Positions 27,593 through 37,908 of a stretch of DNA of 64,000 bases are shown here, one piece after another; position 1 is the first letter of the stretch; every line of letters starts with the position of its first letter. The notes beneath the pieces were generated by a model, which was not told where the DNA came from, did not search any database, and saw only the letters and a list, made by a program, of their open reading frames with translations. The translations under genes and the position numbers were made by a program. The stretch comes from a virus. The stretch is from positions 32,001-96,000 of the IMG/VR virus record IMGVR_UViG_3300023184_000035. One strand, written 5' to 3'.

Positions 27593-28621
27593 ATGAACAC
27601 ACCTAAAATTGGCTTTTGTTGCAAGTGGCTCAATGATCCGTCCGAATGTGGCGGCATGAAGGTCAATGCAGTGGACCGTGACTTAAACGGCAGATCAACT
27701 ACCATGAGGTGGCTCCGCGAACACGCGGGCGAAGCCGAGCAACGTCAGTGGGACATTATGAACCACAATGCTGCCGCGGCTGTGCGACTGATTGAGCGGG
27801 TAGGCACACTGCCGCCTGAACGGCGCATGGTACGTTTAGGTTCAGAAATGCTACAAGGCTACACTGAGCCATCGTGGATTGACTGGTGGCAACGTGCAGA
27901 AATACAAGAACACTGTGCCAAGATCTTTGCTCCTGTGGGCGAAGCCGCAAGACGACTGGGTGTGCGTATTTCGTTCCATCCCGGACAGTTTTGTGTGCTG
28001 GCGTCAGAGTCGGACGAGATTGTTCGACGCAGTATCTTAGAGTTTGAATATCATGTGGATATGGCACGTTGGATGGGCTACGGCGCTGGCTGGCATGATC
28101 ATGGTTTTAAAATTAATGTGCATTTGTCGGGCAAAGGCGGGCCTGCCAAGTTCCTACGCACCTTGGGTCAGCTGACCCCAGAAGCAAGGAATTTAATCGC
28201 TATTGAGAATGATGAGATGTCAAATGGTTTGGACGTTACTCTTGCTGTGGCTGATAGTGTGGCTCTTACTTTGGATATTCATCACCATTGGATCAACACC
28301 GGAGAATATATTCAGCCCCGGGATCCACGTGCTCAACGGGTTGTTGAGTCTTGGCGTGGTGTGCGCCCTGTTTGTCACTACAGTGTTAGCCGTGAAGATG
28401 TTGTTGTGGGACACAATACCTTTGTTAGACCAGACTTATCAGCCCTCCTCAGTGCAGGCTACAAAAAGCAAAAACTGCGAGCACACTCAGACTTCATGTG
28501 GAATACCGCTGTGAATGACTGGGCATTGACTTTCTTGGATCAGTGGGACATACAGGTTGAAGCCAAAGGCAAGAACTTGGCCAGTGAAATGCTGTACAAT
28601 CAATGGAAAGCCAATGCCTGA
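27593..28621 (+). CDS. uvsE: UV-damage endonuclease UvsE
   Basis: RLGS, SFHPGQF, IENDE, LDIHHH, HYS, AHSD, VEAKGK. Confidence 0.92.
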   Translation: MNTPKIGFCCKWLNDPSECGGMKVNAVDRDLNGRSTTMRWLREHAGEAEQRQWDIMNHNAAAAVRLIERVGTLPPERRMVRLGSEMLQGYTEPSWIDWWQRAEIQEHCAKIFAPVGEAARRLGVRISFHPGQFCVLASESDEIVRRSILEFEYHVDMARWMGYGAGWHDHGFKINVHLSGKGGPAKFLRTLGQLTPEARNLIAIENDEMSNGLDVTLAVADSVALTLDIHHHWINTGEYIQPRDPRAQRVVESWRGVRPVCHYSVSREDVVVGHNTFVRPDLSALLSAGYKKQKLRAHSDFMWNTAVNDWALTFLDQWDIQVEAKGKNLASEMLYNQWKANA

Positions 28622-28904
28622 TATTTTAGCTGGAATTTTTGAATGGATACGAAATGACTATCGTACTAATCGCACTAGGTTTGCTGTTGAGCTCTTGGCT
28701 TGGGCTATCAGTATTGGGTGCTCGGTTACCATGGCACTCACCGTACCAACCCCTCCTCTTCTTTACATGTATCCTGTGTGGATTAGTGGTTGTGCCATGT
28801 ATGCTTGGGCTGCCTATACTCGAAAGAGTTTTGGCATGCTGGCCAATTACATATTGTTGACTACAATAGATTCAATTGGCCTGGCACGGATGTTGTTAAA
28901 CTGA
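28614..28904 (+). CDS. small membrane protein
   Basis: Three hydrophobic segments. Confidence 0.7.
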   Translation: MPDILAGIFEWIRNDYRTNRTRFAVELLAWAISIGCSVTMALTVPTPPLLYMYPVWISGCAMYAWAAYTRKSFGMLANYILLTTIDSIGLARMLLN

Positions 28905-29258
28905 TTTCTTTTTAGCAGGTGCTTTTTTGGCGGCAGCTGGCTTGGCTGCCGTTTTCTTGGCTGCTGGCTTTTTGGCCGGGGTCTTTTTAGCAGGTGCTTG
29001 TTCCACAACTGGTGCAGGTGCTTCTACTCGATTCTCACTGCCTGTGGGCTCTGCAGGTGCCACCGGTGCTAAATCAGACACTTTGACATGAATTTTGCCT
29101 TCAGGCAATTTCTCGCCGTAAGGCCAAGGTTTGTCAGTCAAATGCATTTCTTTGGGCGGCTCCCAAGTCTCAATAGAATCCTTTGATTTGTTGGCCTTGT
29201 CTCTGGCCCAAACCACTGCAATCAACGCAATCACTGCCAATACGATAATAATTTCCAT
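28896..29258 (-). CDS. membrane-anchored protein with histone-H1-like PAKK tail
   Basis: N-terminal TM; C-terminal PAKK/AAKK repeats. Confidence 0.75.
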   Translation of the reverse strand: MEIIIVLAVIALIAVVWARDKANKSKDSIETWEPPKEMHLTDKPWPYGEKLPEGKIHVKVSDLAPVAPAEPTGSENRVEAPAPVVEQAPAKKTPAKKPAAKKTAAKPAAAKKAPAKKKSV

Positions 29259-29332
29259 GTGTAAATCTCCTATGAAATATTTAGTGACAGAATTAGTGAG
29301 CCAACACTAAAATGACTCAAAGAACCAAAAAG

Positions 29333-29364
29333 ATGTTGCACTGCAACATAAATAATGTTACAAT
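29333..29364 (+). promoter_or_regulatory. promoter with palindromic operator (PhaR-box-like)
   Basis: ATGTTGCA-C-TGCAACAT overlapping -35 TTGCAC; TACAAT 17 nt later. Confidence 0.6.
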
Positions 29365-29430
29365 AGAAGCACAAGACGCTGAATGGTTCGGGTCTTGTGT
29401 TCTAGAACTTGCTTAATTTAAGGAGAAAAC

Positions 29431-29688
29431 ATGTTCAATTCCGTAATCGAATCTGTGCAAAATGCACAAAAAACTTTTGTCAATACCTTTGTCACCAACG
29501 AGGAAATTGCCAAGCCCATGATCCGAATGATCGACAGCCAGTATGACACTGCCAAGTTGACTGCTAAAGCAGTGTTGGATATCAGTACAACCCTGGCCTC
29601 AGCAACAACTGAAAAAGTGCAGGAAGCAATGAAGTTTGACGTGACCAAATTTGCTGACACCTTCAAACCAGCCGCTGTTAAAAAGTAA
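29431..29688 (+). CDS. phasin-like small helical protein
   Basis: 85-aa amphipathic Ala/Thr/Lys-rich protein; TGC-N3-GCA operator upstream. Confidence 0.55.
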   Translation: MFNSVIESVQNAQKTFVNTFVTNEEIAKPMIRMIDSQYDTAKLTAKAVLDISTTLASATTEKVQEAMKFDVTKFADTFKPAAVKK

Positions 29689-29763
29689 TACTCAAGTAGT
29701 ACTTTTGAAGACCCTGCTGAGTGCAGGGTTTTTCTTGACCAGAATTTACCGATCTGCTATAAT
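29685..29763 (+). promoter_or_regulatory. palindrome-terminator-promoter cassette copy 1
   Basis: GTAATACTCAAGTAGTAC, CCCTGC-TGAGT-GCAGGG+T-run, TTGACC-17-TATAAT. Confidence 0.85.
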
Positions 29764-29769
29764 ACGGTT

Positions 29770-29946
29770 ATGAAAACAAAAAAGGAAGAAATCATGCAAT
29801 TTTTCTTAGTGTCAAGTGTAGATGGTAGTGTGGTTCTTCAAGCAAGAGATCAAGAACATGCATTTGAATTAGCAGACGAATATGACTTTGATTGGGACAC
29901 TATAGAACCAATTGAAGTGTATTTCACAGAAGAAACTGGAGAATAA
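29770..29946 (+). CDS. small acidic hypothetical protein
   Basis: 58-aa ORF right after promoter. Confidence 0.55.
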   Translation: MKTKKEEIMQFFLVSSVDGSVVLQARDQEHAFELADEYDFDWDTIEPIEVYFTEETGE

Positions 29947-29947
29947 A

Positions 29948-30175
29948 ATGGAAAAAGTTAAAATTGCAGTAAATGATCTGGTGTACTACCGAAGTACCGC
30001 CGGCAATCAATGCATGGGACGAGTACGCAAGGTAAATCGAGTGAACTCCAAAGTTCAAGTATTGGCGGTCAATGGCTGGATAACTTTGCACTCAGACACA
30101 AAAGTGGTAAACAAGGGATTCTTGCGCCGTGCTACCTCCGGCATGGTTGAACTTGCCAATGAGTATGATTTATAA
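29948..30175 (+). CDS. hypothetical protein (SH3-like pattern)
   Basis: GGAG SD; ORF. Confidence 0.6.
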   Translation: MEKVKIAVNDLVYYRSTAGNQCMGRVRKVNRVNSKVQVLAVNGWITLHSDTKVVNKGFLRRATSGMVELANEYDL

Positions 30176-30218
30176 TCAAAGGCTTGACCAATAATTACCA
30201 ATCTGCTATAATTACAAC

Positions 30219-30368
30219 ATGAAAACACTAAGCTTCACTATACAACTGCCCCGACAGCGCCGACGTGCGGTGGAGTTGTATAGCCGTGACACTCCGTTCA
30301 AGCCCAAGGTTGAACAGAACAAGACAGTGTACAACCGCAAAGTCAAGCATCGGAGCCGTGATGAATAA
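30219..30368 (+). CDS. small basic ArfA-like protein (49 aa)
   Basis: TPFKPKVEQNKTVYNRKVKH; 6 nt after TATAAT of promoter 30184-30212. Confidence 0.55.
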   Translation: MKTLSFTIQLPRQRRRAVELYSRDTPFKPKVEQNKTVYNRKVKHRSRDE

Positions 30369-30609
30369 ACTGTTGATTGCTTTACTGGCTGTGGCAGCGA
30401 CCGGATGTGTCAGTGTGGTGCAACGTGCCCCACTGGACGCATCTCAGATTCCAAATGACTGTGCAAATAGAAATGCCATAATTGGCTGGCTGGAACAAAA
30501 TGCCCGAGTCCCCCAACAAACCACTGAGTCAAAGGAAGACTATGAAAGAAGTCGCGGACAAATTCGCTCGCGTATCTGGAGCATGCGTTATACTTGCCAG
30601 CCTGTGTAG
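30361..30609 (+). CDS. lipoprotein
   Basis: Lipobox ATGC. Confidence 0.7.
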   Translation: MNKLLIALLAVAATGCVSVVQRAPLDASQIPNDCANRNAIIGWLEQNARVPQQTTESKEDYERSRGQIRSRIWSMRYTCQPV

Positions 30610-30832
30610 TGGTTGCGCTTCAGGAACCCCCAGTGCTCGGCCCATGGCGTATGAAGATCTCAACTACTTTCAAGTTGACTGTAGAATTGCAGTGCAACAA
30701 CGAGCCATGTTGATGAATATGAGACAGACCCGTGACGAAGTGGCTCTGGATCGACTGACTTTTTGGGACCGTCAAGGCAACATCAACCGACAAATTGATC
30801 GCAACTTATTTTTACTGAGGTACTGTTCATGA
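30542..30832 (+). CDS. putative lipoprotein
   Basis: Hydrophobic stretch ending CSGC. Confidence 0.55.
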   Translation: MKEVADKFARVSGACVILASLCSGCASGTPSARPMAYEDLNYFQVDCRIAVQQRAMLMNMRQTRDEVALDRLTFWDRQGNINRQIDRNLFLLRYCS

Positions 30833-31389
30833 AACGACTACTAGTTCTTGCACTGATTCCTGCCACTGTGTGGGCATCCGAATGTGTGTTACAAGATCGC
30901 ACGGTGAGTCGCTCAGCGGTGACCATTGCAGAACGTAGCCGAATCACTCGCGAGGTTGTTCCCAGCATCAACAACGGTAAGAAGTGCATGGTCACGTTCC
31001 GTGTACGCATTGGCACAGATTGGCACAGTGCTCATGGTGAATATGAATGGGCTGGAGACCGTCCACGTGAAGAAGCCTGTGCTGTGGCCGTGAGCCGTGC
31101 AGAGGATGAAGTACGTGCCAGAGTAGGCCGCTCACAGACTGTGAGTGAAAAGACCATGATATGTAGTGACCGTCCAGACTTGGATGCATTGCGTAGCACC
31201 AATCCCGGAACTGTGGCAGAACTGCACCAATTCCGACCACATCCAGACTTTCCAAATGAATTTTGGCATAATGGCGCACCCTGCAGATACTTTTTGGACA
31301 GTGCATACGTCCAAAAGGATGTGCGCACCTTTCAAGGAGTGATCTGTCGAGTGCATGACTCACGCTGGGTTGTGGTGGATAAATGGTAG
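30829..31389 (+). CDS. secreted Cys-rich hypothetical protein
   Basis: Signal peptide (VWA), ATGA overlap. Confidence 0.75.
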   Translation: MKRLLVLALIPATVWASECVLQDRTVSRSAVTIAERSRITREVVPSINNGKKCMVTFRVRIGTDWHSAHGEYEWAGDRPREEACAVAVSRAEDEVRARVGRSQTVSEKTMICSDRPDLDALRSTNPGTVAELHQFRPHPDFPNEFWHNGAPCRYFLDSAYVQKDVRTFQGVICRVHDSRWVVVDKW

Positions 31390-31449
31390 TTGACCAATTA
31401 TTCACTCTGTGTTAAACTTGTGTTATCGTAAACTGTTCAAAGGAACATC

Positions 31450-32082
31450 ATGAAAAAAGTATTTGCAATTCTTCCGTTAGTAGCTCTTGTGGCGTGTAGT
31501 GCAACCAAGCCTGCTCCAGTAAGCACGGCTCCTGTATTGCCCACAGAGCAATACGAAAATCGTGTGGCACAAGCACAGGTTGCTCGTGAGGCTCATGTTG
31601 AGCGAGCCATTGTTCAGGCTCCCAAATGGATGACTGACTTGCCTGTGAGTAACAGTGCAGTATATGCCAATGGCTCAGCAGTGAGCTCGGACATGAGCAT
31701 GGCTGACTACAAGGCCAAACTGTTTGCGTTTGGCAAGATCTGTATGGCGGCTGGGGGTAAAGTCAACCAGCAAGCCAAGGTGTACATGCAGGACACCACA
31801 GAAGCCAGCACTGAGATTTCTGAGTTGGCCATCAAGTCAATGTGCCCTGCTGTGGACATCACTGGCGTAGAGATCAAGGAAGTCAAACGCATTTCAGAAG
31901 GCGGCCGATTCCGTACTTACATGCTGGTTGCACTGCCCACAGGCGATGCCAATGCACTGCAAAAGCGCAAAGATCAGCTCCGACTGAAAGATCGTGCAGA
32001 GCAACGTAACACAGAAGTGTTTAAAGAAATGGACAAAAACTCTGAACACATATCGTTGTATCCGGATCCCACTGCACAGTAA
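31450..32082 (+). CDS. LPP20-like lipoprotein
   Basis: Lipobox LVAC, APKW, Y.NGSA.S.D..MA..KA. Confidence 0.75.
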   Translation: MKKVFAILPLVALVACSATKPAPVSTAPVLPTEQYENRVAQAQVAREAHVERAIVQAPKWMTDLPVSNSAVYANGSAVSSDMSMADYKAKLFAFGKICMAAGGKVNQQAKVYMQDTTEASTEISELAIKSMCPAVDITGVEIKEVKRISEGGRFRTYMLVALPTGDANALQKRKDQLRLKDRAEQRNTEVFKEMDKNSEHISLYPDPTAQ

Positions 32083-32132
32083 TAAACGGCGTATAAATAA
32101 AAGCGGCTTCTGAGCCGCTTTTCTCACTTTAT

Positions 32133-32702
32133 ATGATCACCGAAAACGAAACAGTTCAAACCCACAGTCAAGCTCTGCAAGAAAATGGCATGTACGTTTT
32201 CATGGGCGAAGTCAATGACGAAAATATCTGTCCCATTGTGGAATGGATCTTGCATGAAAACTTTGTGGTCAAGAAAAAACGCAAAGAACTGCTGTTGATG
32301 ATTTGTTCGGAAGGTGGAGAAATGGGCGCTGCCTTTGCCCTGATAGATGTCATGCGTAGCAGTATCATACCAATCAAAACTGTGGGCCTGGGCATGATAG
32401 CCAGTGCAGGGCTGTTGATCTTCATATCTGGCACTCCCGGTCGCAGGGTGCTCACACCCAATACTTCAATTCTCAGCCATCAATTCAGCTGGAGCAATGA
32501 AGGCAAGGCACATGAACTGTTTGCCACCATGCGAGAATTTGAACTCACACAACAACGCATGTCCTCACACTATCAGTTATGCACAGGACTAAGTGAAGAA
32601 GAGATCAAGAAGCATCTGTTGCCACCACATGACATATGGCTGTCAGCAACAGAAGCCCTGGGTTTAAATGTGTGTGATCACATTTCAGAACTCACACGTT
32701 AA
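32133..32702 (+). CDS. divergent ClpP-like protease
   Basis: ICSEGG, IASAG (Ser), SHQ (His), HDIWLSA.EA (Asp). Confidence 0.88.
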   Translation: MITENETVQTHSQALQENGMYVFMGEVNDENICPIVEWILHENFVVKKKRKELLLMICSEGGEMGAAFALIDVMRSSIIPIKTVGLGMIASAGLLIFISGTPGRRVLTPNTSILSHQFSWSNEGKAHELFATMREFELTQQRMSSHYQLCTGLSEEEIKKHLLPPHDIWLSATEALGLNVCDHISELTR

Positions 32703-34300
32703 CGACTGCGGCGTTCCCTACCCAACACATCAGCACTCATTTTGGGTTCACTCTTGGCCTTGGCAGCCTTGGCACCTGGACCAGTTAGACGTTTGTTGGT
32801 AACTTGATCCAATTCATCTGCACCCATGTTGTCTACCATTTCGCCAGCGTCACTGTCTCCAGGTGCATCAGTGGTGGAACTCTTTTCAGTGTTGGCCACA
32901 GCCTTGGGTTCTTTGTTGATGCTGAATACCAACTTGCCACCTGAGCTGGAAGTTGAACTGTAGCTCTTCTGTGCTTCCAGTGTGACGTTGGTAAACAACT
33001 TGCTGGGCCATATGGTATTGAATTCTAGCACAAACTGACCATCTTTGGTTTTCTTGGCTTCGGTATACATTTGCACAAACGCGGAGTTGTTGAGAATGTC
33101 AGCGGCTGCTTCTGAGAAATTGGTCTTGGTGTTGATCTCATTGCACACCTTATATGCAATAGAACTCACCAGGTGATTGAGTGGAACAACTTTGCTGGGA
33201 TCATCTGCTGAGCGGTCTTTGTACAGTGTCTTTAGATTTTTTGATATTTTGACATCATCTATGTTGAATTTTTTAACACCAGCATACTGTGCCAGCGACA
33301 TCACTTGTGGAATTTCTGCTTCAGAAATAATGCCATATTGCACTGCTAGATTCAACGGACCAGAGTCATGATTACCATTGTGAATGGTCTTGAGCACAGC
33401 AATGGGTTCGGCATACTTCTTGGCAAACTGTGTCATGCCAGCTGCTTCTAACTCTTGCACAGCCTTCAACAAGTTCACTGAGCTGGCCATGGCACCTTTG
33501 GCACCCTTGCTGGACAACTTGATCTGTTTGCCTTCGGGGCTGATCAACAACGAATCATATAATTCGCCGCTAACGTGTTCGTTAAAACTCACAACACAGT
33601 CAGAGAATCCATTTCGGCCCATGAACAATGCGGCTGCTTCTCCAGCATTGCCTCGAACTTGGCCGCCATTGATCAGCACAGCAGGCTGCAACATTTCGCA
33701 AAAGTAGTCACGGAACCCAGTGAAGTCCATACTACCACCATCCACAGCCACAGGGAATGTGGGAGAATTTACTATGGTAGTGGCTGCTTGATATTCTGTG
33801 CTTTGGTCGCCAAACTTGGCACCAATCTGTGCCAGTATACTTTCAGGAGTTTGACTCTTGAAATTGGTCAACACATCACTGGGCTTGTATCCGGCTTTTT
33901 CTTTGGATCCACGAGCGTCAGTTTGGCTAAACTCGCCTGGAATGTCTTTGGTCTGAAAAAATGTATTTTGTGTTCTAACTGGTTTGATTTCTTTGGTGAA
34001 CTTGGCCAGATATCTAGTGCCCACAGCAGTGTCAAAGGCTGCAATACCAAATGCTCGCAAGCCTGCATTGGGCTGATTGATCACTTCAATTGGATGCCCG
34101 GCCTGCTTTTCTACCCGTTTAAACGCAGCCATGGTAGCTTCGGGAGTTTCATAACTGCCAACTTTGGGGTAAAAGGTCAGGGACTGGAATTCAATTTTGT
34201 CATCCGCAGTGTCGCCCCGGGAATATACTTCGCCTGGATCGCGGGCACTGAGGCCACGGCTCTCAGTTAAGTTATCGAATAAATTGAGTAAGTCGCGCAT
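32699..34300 (-). CDS. large hypothetical protein, possible virion-packaged PD-(D/E)XK-like nuclease
   Basis: 533 aa; [13 protein letters not shown] leader; LYDSLL...IKLSSKG motif. Confidence 0.65.
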   Translation of the reverse strand: MRDLLNLFDNLTESRGLSARDPGEVYSRGDTADDKIEFQSLTFYPKVGSYETPEATMAAFKRVEKQAGHPIEVINQPNAGLRAFGIAAFDTAVGTRYLAKFTKEIKPVRTQNTFFQTKDIPGEFSQTDARGSKEKAGYKPSDVLTNFKSQTPESILAQIGAKFGDQSTEYQAATTIVNSPTFPVAVDGGSMDFTGFRDYFCEMLQPAVLINGGQVRGNAGEAAALFMGRNGFSDCVVSFNEHVSGELYDSLLISPEGKQIKLSSKGAKGAMASSVNLLKAVQELEAAGMTQFAKKYAEPIAVLKTIHNGNHDSGPLNLAVQYGIISEAEIPQVMSLAQYAGVKKFNIDDVKISKNLKTLYKDRSADDPSKVVPLNHLVSSIAYKVCNEINTKTNFSEAAADILNNSAFVQMYTEAKKTKDGQFVLEFNTIWPSKLFTNVTLEAQKSYSSTSSSGGKLVFSINKEPKAVANTEKSSTTDAPGDSDAGEMVDNMGADELDQVTNKRLTGPGAKAAKAKSEPKMSADVLGRERRSR

Positions 34301-34351
34301 TGGTGTTTTCCAAGAATTGTGTTATACTTATGCTTTCAACAAGGAGACCCT

Positions 34352-34945
34352 GTGCCAAATTTAGTACCCATAGTTTTAGAACACACTGCCAAAGGTGAAC
34401 GCAGTTATGACATTTACAGTCGCCTGCTCAAAGATCGTGTGATCATGCTGGACACAGAAGTTTCAGAGCACTCAGCCAGTTTGATTGTGGCACAACTGCT
34501 GTTTTTGGAAGCAGACAATCCTGACAAGGACATTTCGCTGTATATCAACTCACCGGGCGGAAGTGTCACAGCAGGCATGGCCATTTACGACACCATGCAG
34601 TTTATCAAGTGCGATGTACATACCATTGTGATGGGGCAGGCCTGTAGCATGGGATCTCTGTTGGCACAAGCAGGTGCACCAGGCAAGCGTTACATGTTGC
34701 CCAATGCCAGACACATGATTCACCAACCGTCAGGCGGCGCACGTGGGCAAGCAACAGACATGTTGATTCAAGTGGAGGAAATTTTGTCCATGAAGAAAAA
34801 TTTAACAGGTATATATGTTAAACACAATTCAGCCAACAAAACCTTTGAACAACTCACAGCAGACATGGAACGTGACAACTTCATGAGTGCAGAACAAGCA
34901 GTTGCATACGGATTAGCTGACAAAGTTATAGAAAACCGTAAATGA
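34352..34945 (+). CDS. clpP: ATP-dependent Clp protease proteolytic subunit ClpP
   Basis: [40 protein letters not shown]. Confidence 0.97.
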   Translation: MPNLVPIVLEHTAKGERSYDIYSRLLKDRVIMLDTEVSEHSASLIVAQLLFLEADNPDKDISLYINSPGGSVTAGMAIYDTMQFIKCDVHTIVMGQACSMGSLLAQAGAPGKRYMLPNARHMIHQPSGGARGQATDMLIQVEEILSMKKNLTGIYVKHNSANKTFEQLTADMERDNFMSAEQAVAYGLADKVIENRK

Positions 34946-36222
34946 CCTTAAAAACTAATTTTTGCTCAAGTCCCTGGATTCACATGAGAATCACAAACTC
35001 GGGCAATTATGAGTTTTGTCGTTGGTCTGATGAGCATACCAATATCAACATACGTGAGCACACCCCACTAGAGTTTTTTCAAACGCACATGGCACCTGTT
35101 CGCAGTGCCATGTTGCAAGGTGAGCAGGTGCCTGCTTGCAAAGACTGCCGCCACATGGAGCAACGCCACAAGGTAAGTGGCCGTCAGCGGCAGTTGTTGA
35201 AAACTGGTATTGCTTTGGACAATTTTGAAAAGTCCATGCGCAGTAGCACATACTGGTCAGCATTTGCACAATCCAACTTTACCTCTGGCACAACTGATCT
35301 CAGTCCTGTGGATTGGCAAATTGATCTAGGCAACCATTGCAACAGTGGGTGCGTGTATTGTGCCCCAGAAAGTAGCAGTAGGCTCTCACAAGAATTTAAA
35401 AAATTAAAAATCTCACAGGCAGAACCAGCACCAAATTGGGCAACTGATCCAGAGTTGATAGATCAATTTGTTGCCTGTTTGACCAATACCAATCGACTGG
35501 CATACCTGCATTTTCTCGGCGGCGAAACCGTAATCACTCCAGCATTCAAGATCATACTAGAAAAACTCATTGCTGCCAAACTCAATCACAAAGTCAGCAT
35601 TGGGTTTACCACCAACTTGACTGTGTGGGACCAGGGCATTGTTGACTTGTTGACACAATTTGATCAAGTGCATCTGGGCATGAGTATTGAATGTTTTCAT
35701 GCTGTAAATGACTACGTGCGCTGGCCCAGCTCGATCAAATCAGTTGAGACCATGTTGTTGCAATGGATTGCATTGGGGCAACAGCACCGCTGGTACATGT
35801 CTTTGAGAACCACACCCACAGCACTGACCATACCTTACTTGATCACAGTGTATGATTTTGCACATCGGTACAATGTTGGGATTGAAAGTTGTAATTTTTT
35901 ACACAATCCAAAATTTCTTAGAATGAGTGTATTGCCCATGCAGTATCGGCAGGTGATTGCTGATCGAATACAAGCCTGGGTTGATCAACAAAATGTTTTT
36001 TCTACCACGCAATTAACCAATTTAAGAGACCCCAATCAACTGCATTTGCAAATCACACAAGATGCCATGAGTTATGTTGATTATTTGCGTACTGCCCCGG
36101 ATGAAACACATCTGCTGCCCGAATTGGTGGCATACTTGAAATTGCTTGAGTCCTCAAGATCCAACAGCATACTTGATTGTGAGCCCGAATATGAACACAT
36201 TCTCAGATCTGCAGGCTACTGA
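34942..36222 (+). CDS. radical SAM protein with N-terminal twitch/SPASM-like domain
   Basis: [12 protein letters not shown]-terminal C..PW / CKDC. Confidence 0.88.
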   Translation: MTLKTNFCSSPWIHMRITNSGNYEFCRWSDEHTNINIREHTPLEFFQTHMAPVRSAMLQGEQVPACKDCRHMEQRHKVSGRQRQLLKTGIALDNFEKSMRSSTYWSAFAQSNFTSGTTDLSPVDWQIDLGNHCNSGCVYCAPESSSRLSQEFKKLKISQAEPAPNWATDPELIDQFVACLTNTNRLAYLHFLGGETVITPAFKIILEKLIAAKLNHKVSIGFTTNLTVWDQGIVDLLTQFDQVHLGMSIECFHAVNDYVRWPSSIKSVETMLLQWIALGQQHRWYMSLRTTPTALTIPYLITVYDFAHRYNVGIESCNFLHNPKFLRMSVLPMQYRQVIADRIQAWVDQQNVFSTTQLTNLRDPNQLHLQITQDAMSYVDYLRTAPDETHLLPELVAYLKLLESSRSNSILDCEPEYEHILRSAGY

Positions 36223-36625
36223 GTTTGATTTAGATCTGCGCTTGCAGGTACGGGCAATAGGTCGGCCCAGATTGAGAATTTCAATCAATCAAGATATTGT
36301 GTATCATGACATTTTAACACACACGTTTGATCTCAACCGTCAGTTGCCGTTGTTGCAACCTTTTGCGGTGACAATTGAATTACTGGATAAAGATTACAAC
36401 AGCGCTCAAGAAACAGCGGTAGTGATCGAGCAGTTGTCTATTGATCAATTTGAATTGGTACCAGCCTGGACTCAATTGGCCACGTATACCAATGATCACC
36501 AGTACACTGATCCTACAAATTATCTAGGGTTTGTGGGCACATGGCAGTTGCTGGTTGATTGCCCATTCTATCAATGGGCACACACCATGACCAATCAGGG
36601 CATGTTGTTGCAGATAGGTCAGTAG
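36191..36625 (+). CDS. hypothetical protein
   Basis: ORF overlapping radical SAM end. Confidence 0.65.
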   Translation: MNTFSDLQATEFDLDLRLQVRAIGRPRLRISINQDIVYHDILTHTFDLNRQLPLLQPFAVTIELLDKDYNSAQETAVVIEQLSIDQFELVPAWTQLATYTNDHQYTDPTNYLGFVGTWQLLVDCPFYQWAHTMTNQGMLLQIGQ

Positions 36626-36707
36626 TAGTAGCGGTAGCCTTTGCGATATGCATCAGCCTGTTGCTCACGATTGGCAATAACTGCGTCAACCAGCCGTTTT
36701 AAAAATT

Positions 36708-36872
36708 TCATATCACACCTTGACGTTGTTGTTCATATTGATACTGGCGTTGCAAGTGTTCAATGTCCGCGGCATTTTGTGGGTTGCGGTTGGCAATGTA
36801 ATTTTCCATTCTGCTTTGATAGCTGTTGCCGGGGAATATCTCCGCCAGGCGGTGTAGTAGGTTTGCTAACAT
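36708..36872 (-). CDS. small DUF3563-like protein (54 aa)
   Basis: Hand-read ORF ENYIANRNPQNAADIEHLQRQY, AGAGGA SD; followed by 30-aa ORF 36619..36711. Confidence 0.5.
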   Translation of the reverse strand: MLANLLHRLAEIFPGNSYQSRMENYIANRNPQNAADIEHLQRQYQYEQQRQGVI

Positions 36873-36950
36873 AATTTTTCCTCTGTGTTTGCATTGATAT
36901 TTATCTCATGGTTTCTACTGAGTACTACTTTAGCACTGGTTTTGGGGTGG

Positions 36951-36979
36951 TTGACCAATAATTCCCCAAGTGTTATAAT
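36951..36979 (+). promoter_or_regulatory. early promoter
   Basis: TTGACCAATAATT...TATAAT, 17-nt spacer. Confidence 0.85.
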
Positions 36980-37010
36980 TGTCACATACAAACAAACAAA
37001 GGAGTATTGT

Positions 37011-37235
37011 ATGGACATCCGAGTCAAAGCAGCCGCTATTGTAGCAGGTATCACTGTTGGTACTGTGGTGGGCATCAGAGCAATCCACGCCGCTGCCACC
37101 TACATTGGATCAGAAAATACACTGAAAGTATTAGGTTTTGGTGTGTTAGCATTTTTGTTTTACCAACTGTATACTTTGGTACTAGAACACTTGGTGCGTC
37201 AAGAACGTTATAAAGAAATGTCAGATCGCGGTTGA
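37011..37235 (+). CDS. small membrane protein
   Basis: Two TM segments, AAGGAG SD. Confidence 0.7.
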   Translation: MDIRVKAAAIVAGITVGTVVGIRAIHAAATYIGSENTLKVLGFGVLAFLFYQLYTLVLEHLVRQERYKEMSDRG

Positions 37236-37290
37236 CCAATAATTGCCCAAATGCTATAATATGGACATATTGTAACAAAAGGAGTTGGAA
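37232..37290 (+). promoter_or_regulatory. early promoter + conserved leader/SD
   Basis: TTGACC-17-TATAAT-ATGGACATATTGTAACAA..GGAG; repeated at 50829 and 51776. Confidence 0.88.
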
Positions 37291-37617
37291 ATGATTGCAC
37301 TTGAAAACATTGAATCAATTCACAATACTGCTACTGCTGCCGCACAACGAGCAGAAGCTGACTTCCGTGCCAAACACGGCGAGCCCGGCTATTGTGGCTT
37401 TGCCTGGGTCAAGGTAAGCGAAAAAGCTTCTACCAAACTGGGCCGTGCGCTGAAAACTGTGGGCTTCCGTAAATCTTATAATGGTGGACTGGACTTGTGG
37501 AACCCTGGTGGCAGTGGTACTCAAAGCATGGACATCAAAGAAGCGGGTGCAGAAGCCTATGCTGAAGCCTTGCGTGGCTTTGGCATCAATGCGTATGCAT
37601 GTTCACGTGCCGACTAA
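37291..37617 (+). CDS. conserved early phage protein (CGFAWV motif)
   Basis: CGFAWV...QSMDIKEAGA. Confidence 0.75.
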   Translation: MIALENIESIHNTATAAAQRAEADFRAKHGEPGYCGFAWVKVSEKASTKLGRALKTVGFRKSYNGGLDLWNPGGSGTQSMDIKEAGAEAYAEALRGFGINAYACSRAD

Positions 37618-37626
37618 GGAGTTGAG

Positions 37627-37899
37627 ATGCGTACAAAAACAGTGTTTCATGGATTGAAAAATTCTCAAAAAGTTCGTGTGATTTTCAAAGGTGACGGATC
37701 TGAAAATGATATCGGGATGTATTTGACAGTCAAACAAATTACCGAACAATTTGCAACAGTCAATGCCCGTTCATTGTGCTTTGATGCAATGTACGAATTG
37801 GTTCAAATGCGCTTCCTTGCAGAGACTGGTAAACAGCCGGTCCCAACTGGCCTTGGAACTACAATTCGTGGCAAACAAATTCAAGTTGATTTAATTTAA
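37627..37899 (+). CDS. hypothetical protein
   Basis: AAGGAG SD. Confidence 0.7.
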   Translation: MRTKTVFHGLKNSQKVRVIFKGDGSENDIGMYLTVKQITEQFATVNARSLCFDAMYELVQMRFLAETGKQPVPTGLGTTIRGKQIQVDLI

Positions 37900-37908
37900 G
37901 GACTAATC

